A DNA stretch of 64,000 bases from Allosphingosinicella sp. (GTDB lineage: Bacteria > Pseudomonadota > Alphaproteobacteria > Sphingomonadales > Sphingomonadaceae): assembly GCA_036554525.1 (NCBI GenBank), contig DATBNC010000010.1, forward strand, positions 24,669-88,668. The letters are read 5' to 3'. The notes under the pieces were generated by a model. That model saw only the letters and a list, made by a program, of their open reading frames with translations. It made no database searches and was not told the origin of the DNA. A program made the position numbers and the translations under genes. Positions 21,900-31,312 of the stretch are shown here, piece after piece; the stretch's first letter is position 1; each line of letters starts with the position of its first letter.

Positions 21900-22618
21900 A
21901 ATTCAATGGTGGTCACCACCCGCACCTTCTGAAAGGGCGAGTCCCCCGCGCTGCTGCCACCTTCTCCGTCGACATCGCCGTCGCGGGCGCCGATCGAGAA
22001 ATAGCCCTGCGTCGCCGATTTGATCCCGCCCACGCCGGTGCCGCTGTCCTTGGCGAACTGTTCGGCGCTTTGCCGGGCGCTGTGCGTTCCTTCGGCGATC
22101 ATCTGCGGCTTGATCGCATTGAGCTTGGTGAAGCTGTAGACGATGCCGCTCCCCTCCTCGAGCGGGACGCCGCTGCGCACCAGCTCCGCCTGGCGGCTGA
22201 ACGCGGCCCGCGCCTTCATCACGTCCGCTGTGCGGAGCTGCATCCGCTGGCGAACCGTGACGCTCTGCCGCTGCCGGCTGTTGTCGAAGAAGCTGTTGAC
22301 GCTGACGCCCGTGTCGGAAAGCTCGTCCGCGCCGAAGCCGACCCGCTGCAGGAACGCGCGCACCGCCCGCCGCTTCTCGTCCACCGACGCCTGCACCGGG
22401 CCTAGCTCAGGCCCTTCCTCCGAAAAGGAGATGCTCCAGGTGGCGAGATCGGCGGTGACGTTGCGTTCGGCGAGGCCGCGCACCGTGACCGACCGCTCGG
22501 CCATTTTCGCCCGCCGCAGCCCGTCGCCGAGCAGGTAGCCGGCGAGCACGACGCCGAGCGAAAAGATCAAAGCCGCAAGCAGCACGAACAGGCGATTGTC
22601 ACGAAACCGATCGGTCAT
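21887..22618 (-). CDS. SIMPL (DUF541) domain protein
   Basis: ATG at 22618 (MTDRFRDNRLFVLLAALIFSLGVVLAGYLLG, TM anchor). SIMPL-like body (VTVRGLAERNVTADLATWSISF.. ..QGYFSIG..). Convergent with the TPR gene and overlaps it by 13 nt. Confidence 0.8.
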   Translation of the reverse strand: MTDRFRDNRLFVLLAALIFSLGVVLAGYLLGDGLRRAKMAERSVTVRGLAERNVTADLATWSISFSEEGPELGPVQASVDEKRRAVRAFLQRVGFGADELSDTGVSVNSFFDNSRQRQSVTVRQRMQLRTADVMKARAAFSRQAELVRSGVPLEEGSGIVYSFTKLNAIKPQMIAEGTHSARQSAEQFAKDSGTGVGGIKSATQGYFSIGARDGDVDGEGGSSAGDSPFQKVRVVTTIEFYLD

Positions 22619-22827
22619 CCCAGCCTCCATGGCCGGCGCGTTGTGGAAAGAAGCGCCGGCTGGCCTACAGAGGCGCCTTGTCGATGAACCGTGCATTTAT
22701 GACGACGAACCGAGGATGTTTTTTGCCGGAGATTACGGCGCGGTACGGCTCCTGACGTACCGCCGAGGCGCTGGACCCCAGCCGCCCGCGCACCATATAG
22801 CCGGTTCAGCCAAGGGACTTCGCGCCG

Positions 22828-23244
22828 ATGAAATTTCTCCACACCATGATCCGCGTCTCCGATCCGGACGCCACCATCCGCTTCTTCGAGCTGCTCGGCC
22901 TCCGCGAGCTTCGCCGCATGGACAATTCCGCCGGCCGCTTCACCCTGATCTTCCTCGCCGCGCCCGGCGACGAGGATGCGCAGGTCGAGCTTACCCACAA
23001 TTGGGACGAGAGCGGCTATCGCGAAGGCCGCAATTTCGGCCACCTCGCCTACCGCGTCGACAATATCTACGAGAGCTGCCAGCGCCTCCTCGATGCCGGG
23101 GTGACGATCAACCGGCCGCCGCGCGACGGCCACATGGCGTTCGTGCGTACACCCGACAACATCTCGATCGAGCTCCTCCAGGCCGGCGAGCGCCTGCCGC
23201 CGCAGGAACCCTGGGCCTCCATGCCGAACACCGGATCATGGTAG
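22828..23244 (+). CDS. gloA: Lactoylglutathione lyase (glyoxalase I)
   Basis: MKFLHTMIRVSDPDATIRFFELLGL..ELTHNWD..GRNFGHLAYRVDNIY..GHMAFVRTPDNISIELLQ is the canonical VOC/GloA pattern. Confidence 0.9.
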   Translation: MKFLHTMIRVSDPDATIRFFELLGLRELRRMDNSAGRFTLIFLAAPGDEDAQVELTHNWDESGYREGRNFGHLAYRVDNIYESCQRLLDAGVTINRPPRDGHMAFVRTPDNISIELLQAGERLPPQEPWASMPNTGSW

Positions 23245-23966
23245 AAATCGTCCGCATCCCGGCGCTGAGCGACAATTATATCTGGCTGCTCCATGACGAA
23301 GCGTCGGGCGAGACGGCAGTGGTCGACCCCGCCGAAGCGGCGCCCGTGCTTGAAGCGGCGGCGGCGCGCGGCTGGACGATCGGCCAGATCTGGAACACCC
23401 ACTGGCACCCGGACCACACCGGCGGCAATGCGGCAATCAAGGCGGCCACCGGCGCCACCGTCACCGCCCCCGCCGCCGAAGCCGCACGAATCCCCACCGC
23501 CGACCGGCTGGTGGCGGAAGGCGACCCGGTGACGCTCGGCGGCGTTGAGGCGGAGGTTTGGGAAGTCCCCGCCCACACCGCCGGCCACATCGCCTACCTG
23601 TTCGCCGACCGCTCCGCCGCCTTCGTCGGCGACACATTGTTCGCCATGGGCTGCGGCCGCCTGTTCGAAGGCACGGCGGAACAGATGCACGCCAACCTCC
23701 AGCGCCTCGCCACCCTGCCGGGGGAGACGCAGATCTACTGTGCCCACGAATATACCCTTTCCAACGCCCGCTTCGCCCTCGCCGCCGAGCCGGACAATCA
23801 GGACGTCCGCCGCCGCGCTGCCGAGGTGGAGCGCGCCCGCGCCGCCGGCGAAGCCACCGTACCGACCACCATCGCCCTCGAACGCGCGACCAACCCGTTC
23901 ATGCGCGCTTCATCCATCAGGGAGTTTTTTGAACGGCGCCTCGCCAAGGACAATTTTCGCGGGTGA
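23238..23966 (+). CDS. gloB: Hydroxyacylglutathione hydrolase (glyoxalase II)
   Basis: ATG at 23238 (MVEIVRIPALSDNYIWLLHD..). Metallo-beta-lactamase motif THWHPDHTGG, and ..CAHEYTLSNARFA.. The 5' end overlaps gloA by 7 nt. Confidence 0.9.
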   Translation: MVEIVRIPALSDNYIWLLHDEASGETAVVDPAEAAPVLEAAAARGWTIGQIWNTHWHPDHTGGNAAIKAATGATVTAPAAEAARIPTADRLVAEGDPVTLGGVEAEVWEVPAHTAGHIAYLFADRSAAFVGDTLFAMGCGRLFEGTAEQMHANLQRLATLPGETQIYCAHEYTLSNARFALAAEPDNQDVRRRAAEVERARAAGEATVPTTIALERATNPFMRASSIREFFERRLAKDNFRG

Positions 23967-24014
23967 TTGCGCCATCCGCCCGTCCTGGGCGTTGATGCGT
24001 TCTGGAGGTTTGTG

Positions 24015-24425
24015 ATGAAGAACTTTGTAGCCTTGGCCGCCCTTGCACTGATTTCCGGCTGCGCCGCGTCGGCGGACAGCGAAGCCAATCTTCGCGCCGA
24101 CACCGACGTCCGGCTTGCGGGTGAGCTCAGCAACTACCGCCAGTCGGGTCAGCCGGTCTCCTGCGTGAACCTTCGCAACGTGCGCGGCAATCACTCCGCC
24201 GGCGAAGGTGCGATTGTATTCGAAGGCACAGGCAACCGCCTTTGGGTGAACCGCCCGGCCGGCGGCTGCCCCGATCTGCGCGGCGATCGCACCCTGATCA
24301 CCCGCACACCCAGCGGCCAACTCTGCCGCGGCGACATCGTCCGCGTGACCGAGCTGACCAGCGGCATCGATTACGGCAGCTGCGGCCTCGGCGACTTCAC
24401 CCCCTACGAGCGCCGCCGGAACTAA
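24015..24425 (+). CDS. Hypothetical Cys-containing lipoprotein
   Basis: ATG at 24015 preceded by GGAGG. MKNFVALAALALISGC lipobox and four further Cys. No function recognisable. Confidence 0.6.
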   Translation: MKNFVALAALALISGCAASADSEANLRADTDVRLAGELSNYRQSGQPVSCVNLRNVRGNHSAGEGAIVFEGTGNRLWVNRPAGGCPDLRGDRTLITRTPSGQLCRGDIVRVTELTSGIDYGSCGLGDFTPYERRRN

Positions 24426-24437
24426 AGCAGGACGCCT

Positions 24438-26234
24438 CTACTTCTTGTAGAGCGCGTCGAGGCGGTCGCCGTAGACCGAACGGATGACGTGGCGGCGGAT
24501 CTTGATCGAGGGCGTCAGCTGCTCGTTCTCCGTGCTGAAGGCCTCGTCGGCCAAGACGAAGCGCCGCACCTTCTCGATCACCGACAGGTCCTTGTTCACC
24601 CGGTCCACCGCCGCGCTCAGCGCGCGGTGGTAATCGGGGTCGTCGCGTAACGCCGCGAGGTGGCGCGCCTTGCCATTCGCCTTGGCCCAATCGCCGGTCC
24701 ACTCGGGATCGGGCACGATCACCGCGACGAGGTAGGGCCGCCGGTCGCCGGTCACCATCGCCTGCAAAATCTCGACCTGAAGGGTGAGCATCCCCTCCAC
24801 CTTTTGTGGCGAGACGTTGTCGCCCTTGTCGTTGACGATCAGGTCCTTTTTGCGGTCGGTGATCACCAGCCGGCCGGCCTCATCGAGGTGCCCGATGTCG
24901 CCGGTGTGCAGCCAGCCGTCTTGGATCGCCTTCTCGGTTAGCCCCGGATTGCGCCAATAGCCCTTCATCACCAGCTCGCCGCGCACCAATATCTCGCCGT
25001 CCTCGGCGATCCGCACTTCCGTGTTGAGGAGCGGCGGGCCAACTGTCTCCATCTTGATGCCCGCCTTGGGCCGGTTGCAGCTGATCACCGGCGCCGCCTC
25101 GGTCTGGCCGTAGCCTTGCAGCACCACCAGCCCGAGCGAGTGGAAGAAGATGCCGACGTCGGGGTTCAAGGGCGCGCCGCCCGACACCATCGCCTTCACC
25201 CGCCCGCCGAACTTCGCGCTGATCTTCGGCCGGAACAGCCGGTCGAGGATGAGGTCCATCGGCTTGTCCCACAGGCTCTTGGTGCCGTGGTAATCGCGCG
25301 CGCCGATCTCCAGCGCACGCTTCAGCATGTACGCCGCCACCTTGCCCTGTTTCTCGACATTCTTGAGGATGCGCTGGCGAAGCACCTCGAACAAACGCGG
25401 CACCACTACCATCAAGGTCGGCTTCACCTCCTCGATGTTGGAAGCGAGCTTTTCGAGCCCTTCCGAATAATAGATCTGCGCGCCGATCCCGATCGGAAAA
25501 TATTGCCCGCCGCTATGCTCGTAAGCGTGGCTCGCGGGGAGAAAGGAGAGGAACACCTCTTCGTCCACGCCGAAATCCTCGGAGATGACGTGGATGCAGC
25601 CTTCGACATTGTGGAGGATCGCGCCGTGATGCTGCATCACCCCGCGCGGCGCGCCGCCGGTGCCGGAGGTGTAGATCAGGCAGGCAAGATCGCCGCGTCT
25701 GATCGCCGCCGCTTCCGCCGACACTGCAGCCACGTCCGCCTGCTGCCCCGCGATCAGAGCCCGCCAGTCGTGGAAAGAGACGTTGGACGTCTGCCCGCCC
25801 GGCAGCGGCTCGATGCCGATCACATGCTCGCAGCTGTTGGACCGCACCGCCGCGGCGAGCAAAGGCTTGGCCAGCTTCGCCGTGGAGACGATCACCGCCC
25901 GCGCACCGCTGTCGTCCAGAATATGCTGGTGGTCCCGCTCGGTGTTGGTGACGTAAGCGGGCACCGTCACGCAGCCCGCAGCCATGATTGCGAGGTCGGA
26001 CAGGCACCATTCCGGCCGGTTCTCCGACACCAGCATCACCATGTCGCCCTTCGCCAAACCCATGGCCCGCAGGGCGGCGGCGAGCGAGGCGACCTGCTGC
26101 GCCGCTTCGCGCCAGCTCAGCGAGCGCCAGGCGCCTTCTTTCTTCGCCCACAGAAACGGCGCGTCGCCTTTCTCCTCCGCATGGGTGAAGAACATGGCGA
26201 CGAGATTGGGATGCTTGACGTTGAGGCTACGCAT
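24438..26234 (-). CDS. Long-chain fatty acid--CoA ligase (AMP-dependent synthetase)
   Basis: 598 aa with the AMP-binding signature LIYTSGTGGAPRGV, ..GYGQTE.., ..TGDIG..D..G.L.ITDRKKD.. and a C-terminal ..PSIKIRR motif. Confidence 0.9.
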   Translation of the reverse strand: MRSLNVKHPNLVAMFFTHAEEKGDAPFLWAKKEGAWRSLSWREAAQQVASLAAALRAMGLAKGDMVMLVSENRPEWCLSDLAIMAAGCVTVPAYVTNTERDHQHILDDSGARAVIVSTAKLAKPLLAAAVRSNSCEHVIGIEPLPGGQTSNVSFHDWRALIAGQQADVAAVSAEAAAIRRGDLACLIYTSGTGGAPRGVMQHHGAILHNVEGCIHVISEDFGVDEEVFLSFLPASHAYEHSGGQYFPIGIGAQIYYSEGLEKLASNIEEVKPTLMVVVPRLFEVLRQRILKNVEKQGKVAAYMLKRALEIGARDYHGTKSLWDKPMDLILDRLFRPKISAKFGGRVKAMVSGGAPLNPDVGIFFHSLGLVVLQGYGQTEAAPVISCNRPKAGIKMETVGPPLLNTEVRIAEDGEILVRGELVMKGYWRNPGLTEKAIQDGWLHTGDIGHLDEAGRLVITDRKKDLIVNDKGDNVSPQKVEGMLTLQVEILQAMVTGDRRPYLVAVIVPDPEWTGDWAKANGKARHLAALRDDPDYHRALSAAVDRVNKDLSVIEKVRRFVLADEAFSTENEQLTPSIKIRRHVIRSVYGDRLDALYKK

Positions 26235-26265
26235 GAAACCCCTCCCCAGGACCTCCAGTGGAGGA

Positions 26266-27969
26266 TTATTGACTAACCGCGGCGCCTTCGCTGCGCGGGT
26301 CGGCGGCGCCCGCCCAGCGGCCGTTCACCCGCTCGATGGCATTGGCCTTGAAGGTCGGCTCGGTCACGGTGACGTTGTGGCCGAGCGCACGCAGCGCCGG
26401 CGCCATCGCCTCCAGCGCGCTGCCGCGTTCGATCCGCGCCTGGTTGCCGACCCCCATGATCACCGGGAGCGCGATCGCCTCCTGCGCGCTCAGCTTCCAG
26501 TCCACCACGCCGACGATCGCCCTGGCGACTTGGACGATGATGGTCGCCCCGCCCGCCGCGCCGACGGCGAGCCGCACTTCGCCGTCCGGCCCGTAGACGA
26601 TGGTCGGCGCCATCGAGCTGCGCGGCCGCTTGCCCGGTTCGACGCGGTTGGCCACGGGAATGCCGTTCACGTCCGGCACGATGGAGAAGTCGGTCAGCTC
26701 GTTGTTGAGGAAATATCCGTTTACCGTCAGGCCGGAGCCGAACGGCCCCTCGATGGTGGAAGTCAGCGAGGCGACGTTGCCGTCCCGGTCCACCGCCACG
26801 AAGTGCGAGGTCTGCGGCACTTCGGCGGTGAGGCCGGTCATCACCTTCATTGCCCCGGGCGGCGTACCGGCCGCGACTTCAGGGAGTGCCCGATCGGTGC
26901 GGATCAGCTCGCCGCGCTGGCGCAGGTATCCCGAGTCGATCAGCCCGGCGACAGGCACCCGCACGTTGTCCGGGTCGCCGAGGTAAAGTTCGCGGTCGGC
27001 GTAAGCGAGGCGCATCGACTCGGCGAGCAGGTGCCACGCCGTCGGGTTGTTCGGCCCAAGCGCCGCCATGTCGAAGCGCTCGAGCTGCTTCAGGATCGCG
27101 AACACGGTGGTCCCGCCGGATGAAGGCGGGCCCATGCCGCACACCTTGTACTGGCGGTACATCCCGCAGACCGGCGCGCGTTCCTTGGCGTCGTACGCGG
27201 CGAGATCGCCCTTCACCATCTTGGACGGGTTGCGCGGCGCCGAGTTGACCGTGCGCACCAGCGCGTCGGCATTGGGTCCGGTGTAGAACCATTCCGGCCC
27301 GCGCGCGGCGAGGCTTTCGAGGAACGTGGCAAGCTCCGGATTCTTGATCAAGGTGCCGACCGGCTTCGGCTTGTTGTCCGTGCCGTAGAAAGTGCCGCGT
27401 CCCCAGGCGGTGGAGGCGGCGAGATCGGACGTACTTTCCAGCGAGCGGTACAGCCGCGGCGTCACCTTATAGCCGTCGCGCGCAAGGCGAATCGCCGGGC
27501 CGAACAGCTTCGCCCAGGCCAGCTTGCCGTGCTTTTCATGGGCAAGCGCCATCATCCGGATGTTGCCCGGAACGCCGACGCTTCGCCCGCCCGGAACCGC
27601 CTCGCGGGTGCTGAGCGGCTTGCCGTCCGGCCCGTAAAACCACTCCGGCCCAGCCGCCGACGGCGCTTCCTCGCGCCCGTCATACGTCGAGACACGATCG
27701 CGCCGTTCGTCATGGTAGACCAGGAAGCCGCCGCCGCCGATGCCGGACGATTGCGGTTCCACCACCGTCAGCGCCAGCAGGGTCGCAAGCGCGGCATCGG
27801 CCGCCGAACCGCCTGCGTCCAAAATCTCGCGCCCGGCCTGCGCCGCGCGCGGATCGGCGGCGGAGACCATGCCGCGGGCCTGTGCGGCGGTGGTGCTCGG
27901 CGTGGCGACCGGCGCGGCGGCGCATGAGGCCAAGAGCAAAAAGGCGGGGAGGAGGAGCTGTTTCAACAT
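26266..27969 (-). CDS. ggt: Gamma-glutamyltransferase
   Basis: ATG at 27969 (MLKQLLLPAFLLLASCAAAP signal). Autoprocessing region ..VPQTSHFVAVDRDGNVASLTSTIEGPFGSG.. and GGGGFL in the large subunit. Confidence 0.9.
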   Translation of the reverse strand: MLKQLLLPAFLLLASCAAAPVATPSTTAAQARGMVSAADPRAAQAGREILDAGGSAADAALATLLALTVVEPQSSGIGGGGFLVYHDERRDRVSTYDGREEAPSAAGPEWFYGPDGKPLSTREAVPGGRSVGVPGNIRMMALAHEKHGKLAWAKLFGPAIRLARDGYKVTPRLYRSLESTSDLAASTAWGRGTFYGTDNKPKPVGTLIKNPELATFLESLAARGPEWFYTGPNADALVRTVNSAPRNPSKMVKGDLAAYDAKERAPVCGMYRQYKVCGMGPPSSGGTTVFAILKQLERFDMAALGPNNPTAWHLLAESMRLAYADRELYLGDPDNVRVPVAGLIDSGYLRQRGELIRTDRALPEVAAGTPPGAMKVMTGLTAEVPQTSHFVAVDRDGNVASLTSTIEGPFGSGLTVNGYFLNNELTDFSIVPDVNGIPVANRVEPGKRPRSSMAPTIVYGPDGEVRLAVGAAGGATIIVQVARAIVGVVDWKLSAQEAIALPVIMGVGNQARIERGSALEAMAPALRALGHNVTVTEPTFKANAIERVNGRWAGAADPRSEGAAVSQ

Positions 27970-28009
27970 CGCTGGCGACACTAACCTCCCCGGCGCGCGC
28001 GGCAAGGCT

Positions 28010-29044
28010 TTAGGCGCGGGCGCTGCTTCCAACCGCCTCAGCAACGTTCGCGAAGCCATCGCGTTCGAGCAGCACCTTCAGCTCCTTCGCAATCCTCCGC
28101 GCCAGCCCAGGCCCCTCGTAGACCAGCGCCGAGTATAGCTGCACCAGCGACGCCCCCGCCGCGATCCGCGCGAAAGCATCGGCACCGTTGGCAATCCCGC
28201 CAGCGGCAATCAGCGGCATCTGCCCACCGGTCGCACTTCGGAAATCCCGCAGCCGCTCCAGCGCCAGCGCCTTCAGCGGCGCACCTGAAAGCCCCCCGGC
28301 TTCCCCTGCGTGCCGCGACCGCAGCACCGGCCGTGAGATCGTCGTGTTGGACACGATCAGCCCATCCAGCCGCCCCATCGCCACGGCAACAATGTCGTCG
28401 ATATCCGCCCGCTCCAGATCCGGCGCGACCTTGAGGAAGATCGGTGTGTGGAGATCGCCTGCCGCCTCCGTCACCGCCGCGACCAGTTCCTCCAGCGCGC
28501 CCTTGTCCTGAAGCGCGCGAAGCCCTGGCGTGTTCGGCGAGGAGATGTTGAGCGTCAGGTAATCGGCAATCCCGCCGAGCGCCCGCACACCTGTGACATA
28601 ATCGGCGATGCGGTGGGCGCTGTCCTTGTTCGCGCCGACATTGGCGCCGACCAGCCCCGGCCCGGTGGCGCGAAGCCGGGGCTGAGCCGCCGCCAGCCCC
28701 CCATTGTTGAAGCCCATGCGGTTGATCACCGCTTGGTCCTCGGCCAGCCGGAACAGCCGCGGCTTCGGGTTCCCCGCCTGCGGACAGGGCGTCAGCGTCC
28801 CCACTTCCACGAAGCCGAAGCCGAAGCCGAGCATCTGCCGCCAGACCTCCGCATCCTTGTCGAACCCGGCTGCGACGCCGACCGGATTGGCGAAGGTCAG
28901 CCCCGCCACCTCGCTCGACAGCGCTGGATCGGGCGGCGGCGGGTTCAACGGCGGCACCCGCTTCAGCGCGGAGATGGTCAGCCGGTGCGCCCGCTCGGCG
29001 TCGAGCGCGAAGGCAAAGGGGCGGATGAGCGGATAAAGCGCCAT
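28010..29044 (-). CDS. pyrD: Dihydroorotate dehydrogenase (quinone), class 2
   Basis: [20 protein letters not shown].., [49 protein letters not shown]. Confidence 0.95.
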   Translation of the reverse strand: MALYPLIRPFAFALDAERAHRLTISALKRVPPLNPPPPDPALSSEVAGLTFANPVGVAAGFDKDAEVWRQMLGFGFGFVEVGTLTPCPQAGNPKPRLFRLAEDQAVINRMGFNNGGLAAAQPRLRATGPGLVGANVGANKDSAHRIADYVTGVRALGGIADYLTLNISSPNTPGLRALQDKGALEELVAAVTEAAGDLHTPIFLKVAPDLERADIDDIVAVAMGRLDGLIVSNTTISRPVLRSRHAGEAGGLSGAPLKALALERLRDFRSATGGQMPLIAAGGIANGADAFARIAAGASLVQLYSALVYEGPGLARRIAKELKVLLERDGFANVAEAVGSSARA

Positions 29045-29132
29045 GGAGGGCGGCTATGGCACAGTCCACCCTTGATTCCACGCCCCTCCCGCGCCACATC
29101 GCCAATCGGAACGAATTGGTCCTATTTAAAAA

Positions 29133-29546
29133 ATGCGTCTCTCTTCCCTTGCCGATTACGCCGTCGTGATGATGGCGGCAGCGGCCCGTCATCCGGCGGG
29201 CGCGCGGCTGACGGCTGGGCTGCTTGCGGGCGAGACCGGCGTTCCCCTCCCCACCGCGCAAAAGCTGATGGGCCGCCTCGCCGGCTCCGGCCTGCTGACC
29301 TCGGCGCGGGGCTCGGGCGGCGGCTTCTGCCTGTCGCGCGAAGCGGGTGCGATCAGCCTCGCCGAGATCGTCGAAGCGGTGGAAGGCCCGATCGCCATGA
29401 CCACCTGCGCCGACGACGCGCGAAGCGATTGCGCGCTGGAAGGCGCTTGCCAGGTCAAGCCGCACCTCCTCGCGGTCAACGGCGCGGTGCGCGGCGCCCT
29501 CCAGAATCTCAGTTTGGCCGTGTTGGCCCAAGGCGGTGTGAAGTGA
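29133..29546 (+). CDS. Rrf2-family transcriptional regulator, first gene of the suf operon
   Basis: [18 protein letters not shown].. wHTH (..[34 protein letters not shown]) and a Cys cluster ([17 protein letters not shown]) suited to an Fe-S ligand set. Its stop overlaps the sufB GTG. Confidence 0.85.
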   Translation: MRLSSLADYAVVMMAAAARHPAGARLTAGLLAGETGVPLPTAQKLMGRLAGSGLLTSARGSGGGFCLSREAGAISLAEIVEAVEGPIAMTTCADDARSDCALEGACQVKPHLLAVNGAVRGALQNLSLAVLAQGGVK

Positions 29547-31030
29547 CGGATTCAAGCCAACCCCTGGTCCGCAACAGGCAAGCCCAGGACGCGGTCGACC
29601 GCGCCTCGACCTACGAGTGGGGCTTCTCCTCCGACATCGAGCAGGACTTCGCGCCCAAGGGGCTGAACGAAGACACCGTCCGCTTCATCTCGGCGAAGAA
29701 GAACGAGCCCGAGTGGATGCTGGAATGGCGCCTCAAGGCCTACCGCGCCTGGCTGGAGATGGAGGAAGTGAGCTGGGCCAAGCTCAGCATCCCGCCGATC
29801 GATTTCCAGGACGCTTATTATTACGCCGAGCCCAAGGCGAAGCCGACCATCGCGTCGCTTGACGAGCTCGACCCGGAAATCCGCCGCACCTACGAGAAAC
29901 TCGGCATCCCGATCGAGGAGCAGAAGGTTCTCGCCGGCGTCGAAGGCGCGCGCAAGATCGCCGTGGACGCGGTGTTCGACAGCGTCTCCGTCGCCACCAC
30001 CTTCCGCGCCGAACTCGAACGCGCCGGCGTCATCTTCCGCTCGATCTCCGAAGCGGTGAAGGAATTTCCGGATCTGGTCCGCAAGTACCTCGGATCGGTG
30101 GTCCCGCAGCGCGACAATTACTTCGCTTGCCTCAACGCCGCGGTCTTCTCCGACGGCACCTTCGTCTACATCCCGGAAGGGGTGCGCTGCCCGATGGAGC
30201 TTTCCACCTACTTCCGCATCAACGCCGCAAATACCGGCCAGTTCGAGCGGACGCTGATCGTCGCCGACAAGGGCAGCTACGTCTCCTATCTGGAAGGCTG
30301 CACCGCGCCGATGCGCGATGAGAACCAGCTCCACGCCGCAGTGGTCGAGCTGGTCGCGATGGAAGACGCCGAAATCAAATATTCGACGGTGCAGAACTGG
30401 TATCCCGGCGACGCCAACGGCCTCGGCGGCATCTACAACTTCGTCACCAAGCGCGGCATTTGTGCCGGCGCGCGGTCCAAGATCAGCTGGACCCAGGTCG
30501 AAACCGGCTCCGCCATCACCTGGAAATACCCGTCCTGCATCCTCAAAGGCGAAAACAGCGTCGGCGAATTCTATTCGGTGGCGCTGACCAACAACCGCCA
30601 GCAGGCCGACACCGGCACGAAGATGATCCACATCGGCAAGGGCAGCCGCTCGACCATCGTCTCGAAAGGCATCAGCGCCGGCCGAAGCGACAACACCTAT
30701 CGCGGTCTCGTAAAGGTGCTGCCGGGCGCGGACGGTGTCCGCAACTTCACCCAGTGCGACAGCCTGCTGCTCGGCGACCAGTGCGGCGCCCACACCGTGC
30801 CCTACATCGAGGTCAAGAACCCCACCGCCCAGATCGAGCATGAGGCGACCACCTCCAAGATCAGCGAAGACCAGCTCTTCTACGCCATGAGCCGCGGCCT
30901 CAACCAGGAGGATTCGGTGGCCCTCATCGTCAACGGCTTCGCCAAGGAAGTGCTGCAGCAATTGCCCATGGAGTTCGCTGTGGAAGCGCAAAAGCTGCTG
31001 GGGATCAGCCTGGAAGGTTCGGTCGGATGA
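29543..31030 (+). CDS. sufB: Fe-S cluster assembly scaffold SufB
   Basis: GTG at 29543 (GTGA overlap with rrf2) gives 495 aa: ..[10 protein letters not shown].., ..YLEGCTAP.., ..IYNFVTKRG.., ..[17 protein letters not shown].., ..[16 protein letters not shown]... Confidence 0.95.
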   Translation: MTDSSQPLVRNRQAQDAVDRASTYEWGFSSDIEQDFAPKGLNEDTVRFISAKKNEPEWMLEWRLKAYRAWLEMEEVSWAKLSIPPIDFQDAYYYAEPKAKPTIASLDELDPEIRRTYEKLGIPIEEQKVLAGVEGARKIAVDAVFDSVSVATTFRAELERAGVIFRSISEAVKEFPDLVRKYLGSVVPQRDNYFACLNAAVFSDGTFVYIPEGVRCPMELSTYFRINAANTGQFERTLIVADKGSYVSYLEGCTAPMRDENQLHAAVVELVAMEDAEIKYSTVQNWYPGDANGLGGIYNFVTKRGICAGARSKISWTQVETGSAITWKYPSCILKGENSVGEFYSVALTNNRQQADTGTKMIHIGKGSRSTIVSKGISAGRSDNTYRGLVKVLPGADGVRNFTQCDSLLLGDQCGAHTVPYIEVKNPTAQIEHEATTSKISEDQLFYAMSRGLNQEDSVALIVNGFAKEVLQQLPMEFAVEAQKLLGISLEGSVG

Positions 31031-31299
31031 TTGCACCACAGAAGAGCGTGCAACCGCAATTCGTCGCATCCCTGCTTTCCACCTACTTGGTGGCGGTCGC
31101 AGCGATGACGCTGTTCGCGGGCGACTTGGGAGAAGCGCTTGCCTTCGGCGCGGGCGTTTGGGCCATTCCCGCTTTGATCGCCTTTGCGTCTCGAAAGAAG
31201 GATACTCTCTTCGGTCGATTTGGCCCTTCGCTCCTCTGTCTCGCTGCCATTGCCGTTCTCATCTGGGCGGCGGGATTGGCGTTCGTCATGACTTATTGA
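31027..31299 (+). CDS. Small hydrophobic protein (about 3 TM) encoded between sufB and sufC
   Basis: 90-aa ORF whose ATG overlaps the sufB stop (ATGA). Three hydrophobic stretches. About 30 of 90 codons end in A/T, unlike its neighbours. No recognisable family. Confidence 0.5.
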   Translation: MIAPQKSVQPQFVASLLSTYLVAVAAMTLFAGDLGEALAFGAGVWAIPALIAFASRKKDTLFGRFGPSLLCLAAIAVLIWAAGLAFVMTY

Positions 31300-31312
31300 A
31301 AGCTGGCATACT

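Noticed and set aside
28038-31069. Two 505-aa minus-strand ORFs (28038..29555 and 29552..31069) and the 860-aa + ORF 28448..31030
   Set aside because: The minus-strand ORFs are an alternative frame over pyrD that is also antisense to rrf2 (28038..29555) and antisense to sufB (29552..31069). The + ORF is real only from the sufB GTG at 29543; upstream it is an out-of-frame run through pyrD and rrf2.
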